Assembly: GCA_036867785.1 (NCBI GenBank)
Contig: CP145411.1
Location: 1,550,001-1,614,000 of the forward strand
Direction: 5' to 3'
Length of the DNA stretch: 64,000 nt
From: Plasmodiophora brassicae
Lineage: Eukaryota
Under the pieces are notes generated by a model. That model did no database searches and was not told the DNA's origin. It worked only from the letters and a program-made list of their open reading frames with translations. This document shows positions 1 through 12,278 of this stretch, piece after piece (within the stretch, counting starts at the first letter, position 1; each line of letters starts with the position of its first letter). The position numbers and the translations under genes were made by a program.

Positions 1-1119
1 GCCCGCACCCGGCGTGCACCAGCAGACCGTACAGGTTCTGAGGGTGCTGCAGCGGCAGCGGCCCCAGGATCGTGAACACGTCGTGGTCCCAGTCGGTGTC
101 GTGCAGCGCGTCCAGCGCCCTGATCATGCCATGCAGCGGCGTGTCGATATCCTTGCCGTCAGCGGCGGCGAACACCCGCAGGACGGCAACGCTGATGGCG
201 GCCGACGGCAGCACGTGCCCGACGCGGGCGTCATTATCCAGCCAGAGTTTCGCGAGCAGCAACGTGCGCTTCAGGAGGTGGTTCCGACCGATACGCCGGT
301 CGGCGTCCTCGAAGAACGCCGTCATGGCAACGGAATGCCCCTGGTTGCACCCGATCTCGATCGGGATGCCGTTGACCGTGATCCTGATCGAGCGTGTGCC
401 GTCCGGCGCCGTCCTGAACGAGGCGGCGTTCACGCCGACCGTCGGGTGCGCCATTTGGTGGAGGCGGTGCTGGGGCCCGCGAACGAACGGATCGACGCTG
501 TCGGTCGTATCCGACGATAACGCGCGGATCACACGCTGGAACCAGCTCTTGTCATGGTTCCGCGTGAAGAACGCCGACAGGTTGATGTCGCTGTCGGGCA
601 GGAATGTTCGTATCGCGAACGACCTGTACGCTCGTCAGCCAGCAGGCAAACGGTGACGACGTGAATCCACAAGGTGTACCCGTGGGGAACGACCTTGACG
701 CCAAGGGTTGCAGACAGGACGAGCTGGACGAATGTGATGACCTTCTCGCGGTGGTCGAGCGCCAGCTGCGTCGGGCGCAGGGCGGCGAGAAGCTCGTCGA
801 CGGCGGCCTTAAGCGAAGGCGTTGACAGGGCTTCCGTAAGCATTGGGTCCGTTTTCGAGGCTGGCGGCGCTGGGCCCGTCGCTGGACGCGGGACCGAGCT
901 TCGGGTGCCAGCGAACCGGTCGACGCGTTTCGGCAACGACGGTGTACCTGGCGTGATACTGGCCGCCACCCAGACGTCGAACGGGATGTGCGACGTTGCC
1001 GACCAGAGCGACGACATGGTCGACTGCTTGACCTCGGGCGACAACCCGTAGTCCAACGCGGGCGTCGGCGGCGCCCATGTTGGATCGACGATCAGGCCAT
1101 GGACGCTGCCGCGTCGCAT
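1..1119 (-). CDS. Pol-beta-like nucleotidyltransferase, PAP/OAS1 (TRF4-like) family; runs off the window start
   Basis: ORF 529..1119 spliced over a 56-nt GT-AG intron (624..679) gives VVPHG-SFAIRTFLPDSDINL, then IPIEIGCNQ and IGRNHLLKRTLLLAKLW, matching the plant-type GSVPLKTYLPDGDID / IGxxHLFKRSIILIKAW pattern. Confidence 0.75.
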
Positions 1120-1453
1120 GAACGCGTGCGTCGTCGTCGACTACGGCCTTCACTTGCAAACTCGATCGAACCAGATTCGACAGGTAGGCGCGCGCAACCG
1201 TACGAATCTGTCTGCGCACGACGGTGCGTGCCCAGGCGCCCGCGCCCGGCGAATCTCGCCCCATGCAAACCCGCACGGTACTAAGAATACGAACCGTTTC
1301 ACAACCCGCTGTCATCAGCCACGGAGAAGCTGCAGCTGGGCCTGACTGGCAGAGTCGCGCCGGCGCTGCAGTTGTTTGCCCGGAGCTGCACTGTCGCGCG
1401 GGCCGCGCCGCACAAAGTGGACACGTTCGCGCATGGGGCGGCGGTGGTGACGG

Positions 1454-2581
1454 ATGGACGACGCGGATCGGCCGACACCGCTGCAGGTCGGGTCGCGCTA
1501 TTCGGCGCAGGCGCGCGAGGCGGAGCGGCGCGGGCACTTCGCGCAGGCGCTCGACAAGCACACGAGGGCGCAGGCGCAGTTCAGGGAGGCGCTGCTGTCG
1601 GCGCGACACCCCAAGGTGCGGGTGCGCGAACGTCTGTCTGCGCGCCGACAGCGTTACTCATCGGGATGCGCGCGCTGGGCAGTCGAAAGAGATTCTGCAG
1701 TTGCTGTTGAGGTCGCACGAGAGGAGCGCGCTGCTGATCAGGCAGTACCTTGATCGCGGGCTGATCATCGCGGAGCCTCAGGTCGGTGGCAAGGTATTCG
1801 TTCGATTTGGGGATCGGGGCCCCTCACGGTGCTGCCAGGTGGTGCAACCCCCCGAGCCCCCGAGCACGATGGTGCCGCTTGCCGATTTCCTGGAATCCAT
1901 CGATCGCCTGGCGGCAGACCTGGTCGCCGATCTTGCGGCGGTGCAGCGTCCGCTTCGTGGCCGTGACTATAGTCAGGTTGTCTGAGAAAGCGTCTGGCCA
2001 GATACTAGGCGCACCTGGACCGGCGATGCGCCCGGCGTCTCCCCAAGCGAAAGGCGACGACCACGGGTGGGCGAGGCCGACAACGAACGCGTTACGTCGG
2101 TGCTGAACGAGTCCGCTGTTGCAGGAACGTCGGCGCGGTCGCAATCCATGAGGACTTCTTCGGTGCGCCTGCACCAGAGGCGACATCAGCGGGAGCCGAC
2201 CCGCAGAGCAAGTTCGTCACGTGCGCGAACCGCATCCGACAGTTCCAAGGGAGGATCCAGGATCGGGTTGGTGCCCGCCGCCCGCTTCCGCACGTCGTCC
2301 GCTGACGTCGTTGACTTGTTCGATGTGTGCAGATCGGCAACGCGCGTGTCAGCGAAAGCGAAGCGTCGTCCGTTCGCGCCGAGAACGAGCGCCTACGCGC
2401 GGCGGTCGCCGACGCCCAGCAGCGTGCCGAGCGCCTGCAGGCCCGGCTCAACGAGGAAGTGGAGAAGAACGCGGCACTGACCGCCGCGTGCGACGAGCAG
2501 ACGAAGCTCGTCGAGAAGTACGCCCTGCAATGGCAACAACTCAAGGAACGCGCCCGGATGCGCAAGAAGCCAATAGGATAA
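1454..2581 (+). CDS. MIT-domain plus C-terminal coiled-coil protein, NRBF2/Atg38-like
   Basis: Multi-exon (introns about 1616..1682, 1782..1838, 1941..2001 and two more). N-terminus PLQVGSRYSAQAREAERRGHFAQALDKHTRAQAQFREAL...LQLLLRSHERSALLI resembles the NRBF2 MIT; C-terminus KYALQWQQLKERARMRKK resembles the end of fungal Atg38-like proteins. Confidence 0.55.
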
Positions 2582-2664
2582 ACCCGATCGGAACAGGTTG
2601 CTCAGGGGAGGGTTTCTTCCATGCCAGTTGCGGGGCGTTTATGTAGACGAGTGGCAGAGGGCGG

Positions 2665-3463
2665 CTACAGGTCTTCATCGAAATCGTTGTCGAATGTCTC
2701 CTCGGTGTTCAACGCGCTGAACGCGTACTTGACGTCCTGCGCGGCCAGGCGCTGGTTGATCAGGGCGGCGACGCCGCCGAGGACAGCCCCGATCGGGTAA
2801 CAGATGCTCTGGTCGCGCATGAACGCCAGGCGGAGGTTGGCCAGGTGGGCGTCCTCGACGTCGAGCATTCCGAAAACGAACCCGAAGACGACGCCCATGA
2901 TGACGGACGTCGCCAGGATCAGGTTGACCTGGGCGGTGTTCTCTATCAGGCCGGGCGACGTCTCCGTCTGGCACGTCGACACGAAGAAGTTGATCAGGTC
3001 CAGGATGGCGAACAGCAACGCGAAGACAACGGAGACGCCCAGGATGCAGAAGAGCGGCACCTTGGACAGCCATCCGAACCGCTGAACGATCGGCGTGTCC
3101 AGCACGAAGCAGATCAGACCGGACAGGATCACCAGCGACGAAAACGCGAGCAGGAGGACCGATCGCGCATGCGACAATGTCTTAACGCGCCAGAAGACGA
3201 CGCCGCCGATGAACAGGAACAGCATGCCGAAGTACTGACAGCGACGGTTAGGATCGGCGTGCCGAACGCAAGCATTGGGCACCTACGAATCCGAAGAAGG
3301 GGTTCAGGCTGATCTCAACGAGCGTGCAGTTGGCGATGAACGAGACGCAGGCGCCGAGTACGGCGCCGCTCAGGCAGACGCCGACGTTCTGGACCGCCGG
3401 TAGCAGGCTGGCACCCAGCGCGTCCACATCGGCCCGCTTCGCCGTCATCTCCGCCGTTTTCAT
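2665..3463 (-). CDS. Multi-pass membrane protein of unknown function
   Basis: Two exons (intron 3235..3286) joining NCTLVEISLNPFFGF to YFGMLFLFIGG; about 6 hydrophobic segments and an acidic tail. Confidence 0.75.
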
Positions 3464-4286
3464 CGCGAGCGACCACGGCAGCGAGCAGCAGCGGCGACGA
3501 CGTGTGGTCCTTCTGTGACACGCATTGCACGACACAGGAGCTCTGGTCAGAGAGGCGCCCGCCGCCCGCGGAAGCCCCAACGCGCGCGTGTATCGTAAAC
3601 CGCTACGACTCGACCGCCCCGGATCCGCAGCGCTATGCGCGCAGCTGCAGGCCCCGGCGGCGAATGAAGCAGGCGCCGGAGCGTCCCGGGTGCGGGCGCG
3701 CATGCGCAAAACGACACGCGGACTGTCCGGACTTGGGCCGCGCTGTTGTGCCAAGTTGCGACGCGTTTTCTGTGTCTTTTTTTTGCGGCTGGCGTGGCGT
3801 GGCACGAGACTGATTATTGATTGGTGGGCCGGGGCGATCGCGACTGGCGCGATGGCCGGCGCTGTGGCGCGCCTGCAGGCGCGTGTCGCGTCGAGCAGCC
3901 TGCCGAAGCCGATCAGGGATTTCTGCGCGCACCCGGCTGGACTGTTTGTGGGTTGAACGCGTGGTCCGGTTGCGGTCGGGCGCGAACGTTGCTGATCACG
4001 GGGCGTGTCCGCAGACGATCCACTTTTGGGCCCCGGCATGGAAGGTTCGGCGTGGAGGGTTCGTGCTGCCGATCCGGTCGCCTGAGTTTCGTGTAGTGGG
4101 GGCTGGTTGCTGCCGGGATCGCCGACCTACAGCGCCCGATAGAGACCGTTTCGGTACCCCAGACTGGTGGTGAGCGATGCAACGTCCGCACACGCCAGGA
4201 GCGTTCTGTCACCTAAGCAAGTGCAATGGTAGCCCTCGCAGTGACTGGAGTGATCTGGTCACGATACGCAACCCAAATTATCCCTG

Positions 4287-7200
4287 TCAATTATAACCTA
4301 TTGAGCGTGCGTCTCTGTTGCTCACGTCGGGCGAAACATTGATGCGAACATGAATCTCTGGCAGGTGAACGTCTTTGTCGGCCTCACTGGCATTTACCAG
4401 CTGTACAGAGTGTACCGGCACAAGGCGTAGCTGGTGCAGAGACCCACGCATCCCACCGCGTTCGTTCAGCAGTGTCATCATTCTCCCGTATGGATACAGG
4501 GCACGTCTTTGAGTTCTGGAAGCGAAGCAGGTATCGGTCGATTGCGAGTTGGACGGCCGGTTTCTCGTACAGAATATTAGTGTACCGTACTGAGAGGAGC
4601 TGCTTGGGTATACAGTGCAATGGCGGACGTGCACAATCACATGACGTCTTGACTGAAACCGTCCGGTGCAGTATCCTCCTGGAGAAGGTCGAGGCATCCG
4701 GTTCCAACCAACTCAGCGCGTACGACGGCAGCACGCTGCGCAATCCTGTCCTCCATATGCATGAGCCGTGTCAGCACGCTCAGGAACACGAGGCGGTGCC
4801 CGCTGGTTGCTTGGAACACGTTAACGTGCGGCAGCAATGTCTCGATTAGCGCCAGTCCCTTGTAGATGACCGGAAGCCTAATCCACTAGTTAGTACACGG
4901 TCGAACGAAGGGCAGCACCCGTGCAAGAAACCTCTGGGAAACATCGCCGGGCCGGTCGAGTTCATCGGTCAACATGAGAGCGAGGCGAGGCAGGATTTTG
5001 AACTCGCTCTCTGCAGTACCCGTACCGCTAGGATATACCCCTAACAGTTTGGAAATGCCATCGATGCCGTATTTCGCAGCGATGAATGTCATCGTGTCGA
5101 CGGCTGCTGTCCGAAGTTCGTACAGCTGACAAGCGCAGCGTTAACGAAGGGGAATGATACGCTGGCATGTGAGACGTACCTCTTGCGATGGACAGTCTGG
5201 CAAACGTGCCAGGCAAACATAAACGTACTGAAGAATCGACTTCTGGTTGTGCCGGGAGTCGAGTACAACGAGATTCGCTTCTGTCTGACAGACTGCTGCC
5301 AACACTCTTAATGCCAACTAATACATCCGTCAGCGAATTTCGTAAGTCACGAAGACAACGCTCTTACAGTGCGACACACTGGAGACAAATGAGGGTGCAG
5401 CAGGTTTGCCAACGTGTTGCCCTCAACTAAGGGTCGGAACCTGCCGCATTGCTCAGTCAGGAGAGCCGAACGACAGCGCCTCTCTTACCTGCGCATTCGC
5501 CTAACGTCGGCCTTGCTGAACAGTTCCAGGAGGATACGAAGAGCTGCCACCACCACTGGGATGTCAATCGCCTCTTCAGAAGCAATGATGTTGAAAAGGG
5601 AGGTCAGGAGCTCAGGACAGTCAACCACGTTGTACGTAGACGGCTGATCCTTGCGTGATGTGCCATTCGCGTCATCTGACCCGGGTAGGTCTGTCGACGG
5701 TGTCGCAGACTGGACGACAATAAACGACGTCTTACTGACAAGGAATGGGTTCGGCCTCAGTCCACCACAGCCTTCCAAAGGCAAACGCTGACATCGGGTG
5801 TCGTTTCCGCCTCCCGACGACGAACCAAGGACAGACTGACAGCAATCCGAATTGTTCGACACCAGTGCCCGGAGAAGTCTCAGAGAGGGTACCAAGCTGA
5901 ACAAACGTCATTAATAAGCGGGAAAGCGGGGCTGACTAGACGTACACCGGTGAGCGTATCGTCATAATGCGCCTCAGGATGGGGAGGGCACAGAATGGAG
6001 GAAGACCCCCACTCAGCATCATATTCAAGGCGTTCTCATCGCCATCCTCTGCAACACTTGACCAACCAGGAGAGCGCAGCAAATCGAACAGACAGTCTTC
6101 GAGCGCAGACCTGAGTCCAATAGCGAGTTGAGTATTGCCGCCGCCAGTAAAGTACCAGTTGCATACGTGAAATCGGGATCGCTTCCAACAATCGCATGGC
6201 TGGTGGCAAGTTTTCTACGTCGGGCACCGCCTTCAGAAGGTTTGCGATGCATCGTGCTGTCATCAGACATCTTGACGGCAACCGTTCGACTGAACTGAGT
6301 GTGGTCCTCAGAGACAATCTTGTTCTGCCTATACGCGACAGATTGTTGAGCAGACGAAATGCCGAGTGCAGCGAACTACCATACGAATGGGAGGGTGAGT
6401 GCTTCGTCGACTCTCGAACGGCAGCCAGCTCGCGCTTCAGCGACACTGCCCTTTGGCGTTCATCCGCAAACGCCTGCAAATACAGTCAACATCCACAAGC
6501 GGTAACTCCAGCAACTGTCAGACCCGACCTTAGACAGGCTTTCGACCTTATTGGAGAGCTCTTCTAACTCTCGCTCCTGACGGTAGGCACTCAGGTAGGG
6601 CATTTAAACGTTTAGGGAACACGTACGTATGTTTCTCGCTCTGCAATGAGGCCATCGATCTGTGATTTCATCCGGGAGTGTTGGGCCCTTTGCGCCTCTT
6701 GCTCACTGCTGATTTTGGCCGACATCTCGCCTCTAAACTTGTTAAGCTATGGATCCATGTCAGTAATACGTAAGCAGACCCGACGAATCCAGTACGGCCC
6801 ACCCGTAGCTCTGTGGCTTGAAGCTTCGATCGCAACATTGTAATAGCACCATTCTATCTGGACGCATCACGGATCACGTCGTTAAAGAGTGCATTTGGTG
6901 GTGGGTACCTTTTCGGTGACCTGGTTCTGAAGTGCCCTCTGTTTCAACCTCAGTTGCGAACGATCGTGACTGCAAGATCGCAACGAGCTTAACAAGCGTT
7001 GAATTTCAGCATCAGGATTGGGATGACTCGCTACATTCGTCGTTGGCACAGTTGCACCCGAAGTCGACATAAGCGTACACGACGACGAGACATCGCGGGG
7101 AGGAGGCCCATGTCCATTCGCCGTATATGGGCCTCCAGGCGGTTGGCAACTGGACGCAGCACCTTGTTGATGCACTGTGTCACGTCGAGGATCAGGATAG

Positions 7201-7955
7201 CCAGGACCAGGTCCTGAATTGCTCCTCTGCAAATTTTGTTGGCCAACGGAAGACTGGTCAAACGTGTGACCAGGGGGAGCGCCGGGTTCCGCCTTGATAA
7301 CTGTTGGGGGCGGCATTGCGTTCCCAGGCTGACGATGATGCGGTACGACATCATTGCGAACCGGTTGGGACGCGACATGGGCTTGGCGTACTTGAACCGG
7401 GGGTGCAGCCGAGAGGTGTTGTCGCCCAGGAACAGGATACGACATTGCCTTCTGTACAGGAGGGTGGGGCCGATGCTGCGGACCCACTTGTGGAACGGGA
7501 AGGGGCCTAGGCGGACAGTTTGCCGTTTGCTTATGAGGCGCGTATGATTGTTGCTGCTGGTGCTGCTGTTGGTGTGTTGGTGGTGGTGGTGGTGGTGATC
7601 GCCGTACGGGGACGGAATGTGTGTCAAAGGCGGACCCAGGAGGATAGGTTGCCGGGTGACTGCGAGATTCGAACGACGCCTGCGGCGGTTGGACCGCTCG
7701 GGAATGATGCTGGGCCATCGGATGGGGCTGCAAGTGGGGATGTGGAGGGACGACGTGCGTAGGTGGTCCTGGCCCAGTTCGAAAATGTTGTTGTTGATGA
7801 ATCTGCGGGTGCATAGGACCGTGCTGCTGCTGCGGCTGCTGCTGCTGGCCAAGCATCTGGATCCGCCTGCCAATCTGCGAATGCGGGAACGGGTTGTCGG
7901 GGGTCGGTGCGACGGTGGTATCCTGCCCGAAATGCGGCCGTTTGGTATCAGCCAT
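4287..7955 (-). CDS. Large multi-exon protein: Q/P/H-rich N-terminus, coiled coil, helical C-terminus; ATRIP/Rad26-like
   Basis: ORF 6882..8081 from MADTK; splicing to the acceptor at 6854 gives QVTEK-NGAITMLRSKLQATE, resembling the ATRIP coiled-coil signature KNGEIKILRDSL. Downstream exons are Leu-rich and helical. The 3' end is approximate. Confidence 0.5.
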
Positions 7956-8239
7956 GCCGAGCGGCGCGCCCGCCGGACCGGGGCGCTTCGCTCCCGCATG
8001 CGGCGGGGCCGACCGCGGCGGACCCCCTGCCTGCATGCACCGGCGCAACACGCCACCGCGCCCAAAATGACCGACAACCAAATGAGCTGCACGCAGCAGC
8101 CTCTGTGCAGACTGGACACCGCAGCGGAGGGGTCGACACCTCGCCTCGCATGTAACCTACAGGTTGGGAACACCCAGCCTGGCCCCATTCGCCATGGCCT
8201 GCCGTGTGTGCGTTTCCAGTTTAGCGGGATGGCAACGTA

Positions 8240-8629
8240 GGATCTGATCTGTTTCGTGCTGGACCCCGCCGATCGTTCAACATTTCGGGTGGCAGTTCTG
8301 CATCCTAGTCTTCTCGTTCGTATTCGCGCTGTCGTTCGCCATCCTGGGCCTGATCAACGTCTCCGTGGCGACGTGCTAGACCGAGAAACCTCCGGGCCTG
8401 GTTAAGTACACGACCCAGGCCAAGCTGATCCTAGCCACATCCGTCATCATACACCTGTCTCCGGGTTCGTCTTGTGGGTGCTCGACGTCGAGGACGCGCA
8501 TCTGACGAACCTTCGTCTGGCGTTTCATGCGTGTCCAGAGAATTCGCTACCCAACGGTGCCGCCTTTGATGGCATCACCGCCCTGATCAATGAGTGTCCG
8601 GCCACAAACGACACCAGGTACGCGTTCAG
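8240..8629 (+). pseudogene. Degenerate inverted partial copy of the membrane-protein gene at 2665..3463
   Basis: Reads LICFVLD...FAILGLIN...LDVEDAHLTNLRLAF...ALIN...YAF, collinear with the parent, with indels and an in-frame TAG at 8377..8379. Confidence 0.85.
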
Positions 8630-8697
8630 AACCGCGACGTTGATGTAGACTTGTAGGACGTCTCTGCGGGCGCCTGTGCATACTCCTCCCGATTTCG

Positions 8698-10798
8698 TTA
8701 TGTGGACGTCACGGCGATGCCATGAGCGTAGCGTATGGGAAGGAGACGGCCCCATTGTAAGACGCGTTGCCGTGCGGATGCTGGAACGTCAGTAAACGTC
8801 TTGTCGGCAGCAAGGACCCAGCACATCGATGCGGAATACACAGCGTCCATGGTCAGCGCTGAGGTTGCTGGGTGCGTAGGTGGCTCGCCGAGCTCGTCGA
8901 TGCAGGTCTCAAAGATGGACACAAACTGGCGACCGTGACGCCAATCGAATATCGTTGTTGCTAAGCGCTGGGACGACCAGGTCAACGCGTCATCTTGCCT
9001 GACCTTGCCGCAATGGAACGAGTTGGACGTCAGACCGGGATCGTTCTGTTGTTCATCGGCTCGAGACAAGTATCGCATGATAGCGGGCCTATCGTCATTC
9101 GCAATGTCAAACTAACTGAAATCAGGATTTCAACGCCCCCACTTACGCTTCCGTAATCCGAACGTCATCGAGAGTTAGTTCAACGAGAGAACCCGATGGC
9201 GACTTTGTCAACTCGATGACGACGTTCACCGATATGTTGAAGTAGTGACAGAAAGTGAGAATGGCGCACGCATCACTGTTGATGCAGGAACGGTTGCCAC
9301 ATGACGTGCATCGCCAGACACGAACCGCCGGGTACAACAATGGGATCTCAAATGCCACTTGGTGGCGAAGACGACGCGATACTCTACTGTGGAGTGTCAC
9401 CTCTGCGGTCGGTAGGGAAGCAAGTGCCCTATCCAAGTACAGAAGGCCAGCGGAAAGAGTTTGCCCAATACGATTCGTGTTGAACCAGGTGATGAGCTCT
9501 CGAAGCTCACTGGTTGCTCTCTGGACGAAACGAGCCGGCCATGGACGCGGCTCCATTGCAACCTCAAGCAATGGAATCAATCGACAGACGACCGCGGTGA
9601 TAACTTCATCATCTTCAGCGAGCCGCCGAGCATCAGGCATTGCGTTACACCCCTTGAGCTTGCGTGCGACCAGGTATCGCAGGACGGCCGCAGGTTCTCT
9701 GACCTGTGCCAAGACGACGTCGTTGTTTCTCAAGCAAAGCAGGGGACCATTGGAGGATGGCACGTGCAGGTCTACATCCAACGAGTAAGCGCTATCAGTG
9801 AATACTGTGGGAAGGGACACCGAACAATATTCTCGCCACGACCGGATCACTCGAGAGCCCCAGTCCGTTGAAAGAATAAGGACCGGTGACGGCTCAATGG
9901 AACGCTCCATTGGAACGCGTTCCCGCCAGCTACTTATCGATTTGCATGAAGCCAGCAGTGAAGGTAGGATGCCTGTTAGGACGACCAGTCGATCGATGGA
10001 CGCAGCCGCCACAAAATCGGCCAAGGAGACTGTCGGCCCGCAAACGAACGCATCGCCGATTTCCTCGTCGAGTGTGGCCAATTCCTCACGAATGGATTTG
10101 GTCGAAAGGCGACAAACTGAGGCGTAGAACGAGGCAGAGTGGACGGGGTCGTCAAACCCCTCCCGAATAATATCATCAATGGCGCGATCGATGCGATAGT
10201 GTATCCGGCAGAGGGCATTGTCAACAACAGCGTCATCTGGGCGAAGGTCGCAGCGATACCGGCGGCACATGAACCGTAATGCAGCAAGGTCGGTTGCGAT
10301 CGTGCGACCGTTGGACACCAGCTCGATCTGCGCGCTACTGTCACCGGGGACGCAGGCGACAATGCCGTCGGGACACCCTTTGAATAGAGAGCGCGCCACA
10401 CAACCAAGTGCCTTGTTCGGGTCGCTTATTCGCAGTGACTCAAGAGAGGGGCCTGGATTCCCCGAGGGCAACCGGATAACAGAGGGTAATATCTCCTCGG
10501 GGGGCATGGTTGCGGACGGTTGCCCTGGGAGCGCTACGGGTTCGTGGCCATGCTGCGCGGCACCGGTTTCCTCAGCCGGCGTTGGTTGCGGTTCGGCCGG
10601 AGCGACCGACTGCACACGGACAGGAGCCACCGGCTTCGCTTCAACGGACGGCACCGGTGCAGGCTTCGGGTCGGCAGGCGGCACTGATGCCTCCCGCGGG
10701 TGGTCAACAGGCGACGCCGATGCCGGCTGAGCCCCGGGCGCAGCCGGAGCCCTGGCGCTATCGGTCTCAGGCGCCGCCTTCGACGACGCACACCCCAT
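8698..10798 (-). CDS. N-acylated (MGCASSK) protein with a Pro/Ala-rich linker and tandem GST-like modules
   Basis: ORF 9143..11107 from the ATG at 10798, plus intron 9089..9146. Three GST-N-like motifs (IATDLAALRFMCR, VREPAAVLRYLV, ITEAPAIMRYLSR) and a GST-C N-capping motif FVCGPTVSLADF. Confidence 0.65.
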
Positions 10799-11190
10799 CT
10801 CCGTCACTCGTCGACCTGCGACGTCACTAACTGAAAAACGGCAGCTCGCCATGCCGGTTGCAGTCACACTGTGCGACCCCGGGCGTTGCCAGCCAAAACA
10901 CGACCCGCCAATTTCATCGGTCGACTGGGGAGCGGGCTGCGCCCCACGCGGGCGCGCGTAACGTGGCACGGGGCGCGGGCGACCCCGTCCCGTCCAGACG
11001 GGTTGTTTGTTGTTGCGGTTGTGGTTGTCTCCGTGACTGTGCCATCGCGACTGTACGGCCAGTGTTCGAAGTTGTTGGTTTTCGTTGACGTTGGCGCCGG
11101 CGGGCACGGACGGGTCCGCATCGGAGCGGGAGGCGAGACGCGCCGACCTGCAGAGTGCCGGGTGTGGGTTGGCTGTTCTAGTGCCCCGTC

Positions 11191-12132
11191 ATGGTCGCCA
11201 CGACGTCGTACTCGTCGCAGCAGCAGGGCGTGGGCGCCACGGCGCTGTGCCCTGAGGCGATTGCGCTGAAGGTGAGATTCCTGTGGTCGTTCGCCGCGTC
11301 GGTGTTTGGTATTGATGGGGGACGCGATATCAGTTGAGGCAGCTCGCTGCCGAGCCTGACAACCAGATGTATATCGCGAGGGAACCGGGCTGTATCGGTG
11401 GCCTGATCGGGTTCCTGGCACCGGGCAATGACCTGCGCATCATGCTGATTGCCGCTCAGGCAATATTGTTCCTGTCGTCGCATCCCAGCAATCGGAAGCT
11501 CCTCCTGGGGATGTCGGCGCTCATCAGCCACCTGACAGAGCTGTGCACGCACCCGAATCAGAATCTGGTACATGTCGTTCCGGACAGACGAGCGAACAAC
11601 GCAGGCTTATCCCGATGCGTAGGCGCATTTCGCGAGCGCCGCGCTGGTCAACCTGACGAAGAATGACGAGAACCGGGTGCAGTCGTTCAAGAAGAAGAGC
11701 CTGGAGCTGGTCAAGCTCCAGCTCCAAGCGCCACCCGCCGACGAAGCCGCTGTCAAGAACGCGTTGCTGTCCGTTGCGGGCGTTGTCAGCGTCACCCTGA
11801 GCCGGCGCCATGTTGTCAGCGCGTATTCGGTCAAGAAGGCGCTCGCGTATTCGCTTATCGACGCCCTGCGAAGAATCGATGTCGACGCCGCCGAAATACT
11901 CGAGAAGCACTCCAATGCGACTGCGTCGTGCGTTGGCGCCAGCGCGCCGCAGTACCTGGAGCACAACTCGTTCAAAGCGAGGCCGGACGCGCTCAGCATC
12001 TTCGCCAATTCGTTCGAGGAGAGCAGCCTGGCCACGCGGCTCGCTAGACAACGGAAACTGGAGCGCGAGAAGCTCGAATCGCAGAACAAGACGCAAAGCA
12101 TCCTGTCCAAAGTCTGGACGTCGATCTGGTAA
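11191..12132 (+). CDS. ARMC1: Armadillo repeat-containing protein 1 homolog (ARM + HMA-like)
   Basis: LRQLAAEPDNQMYIAREPGCIGGLIGFL, the HMA-like ALLSVAGVVSVTL, PQYL and a terminal ILSKVWTSIW match the ARMC1 layout; 3 exons. Confidence 0.75.
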
Positions 12133-12278
12133 TCCGCATTGGTCCACGTTATCATTGCTCCCCTCGTATACCGCCCCTATTACACTGAATTGGTTGTTCG
12201 TGAAGCGCGAATCCCGCTGTGGCCTGCGTGTCAATGCTGTCGAGGAATAGGACAGTGGATATCGTCGTTTTAGGTATA

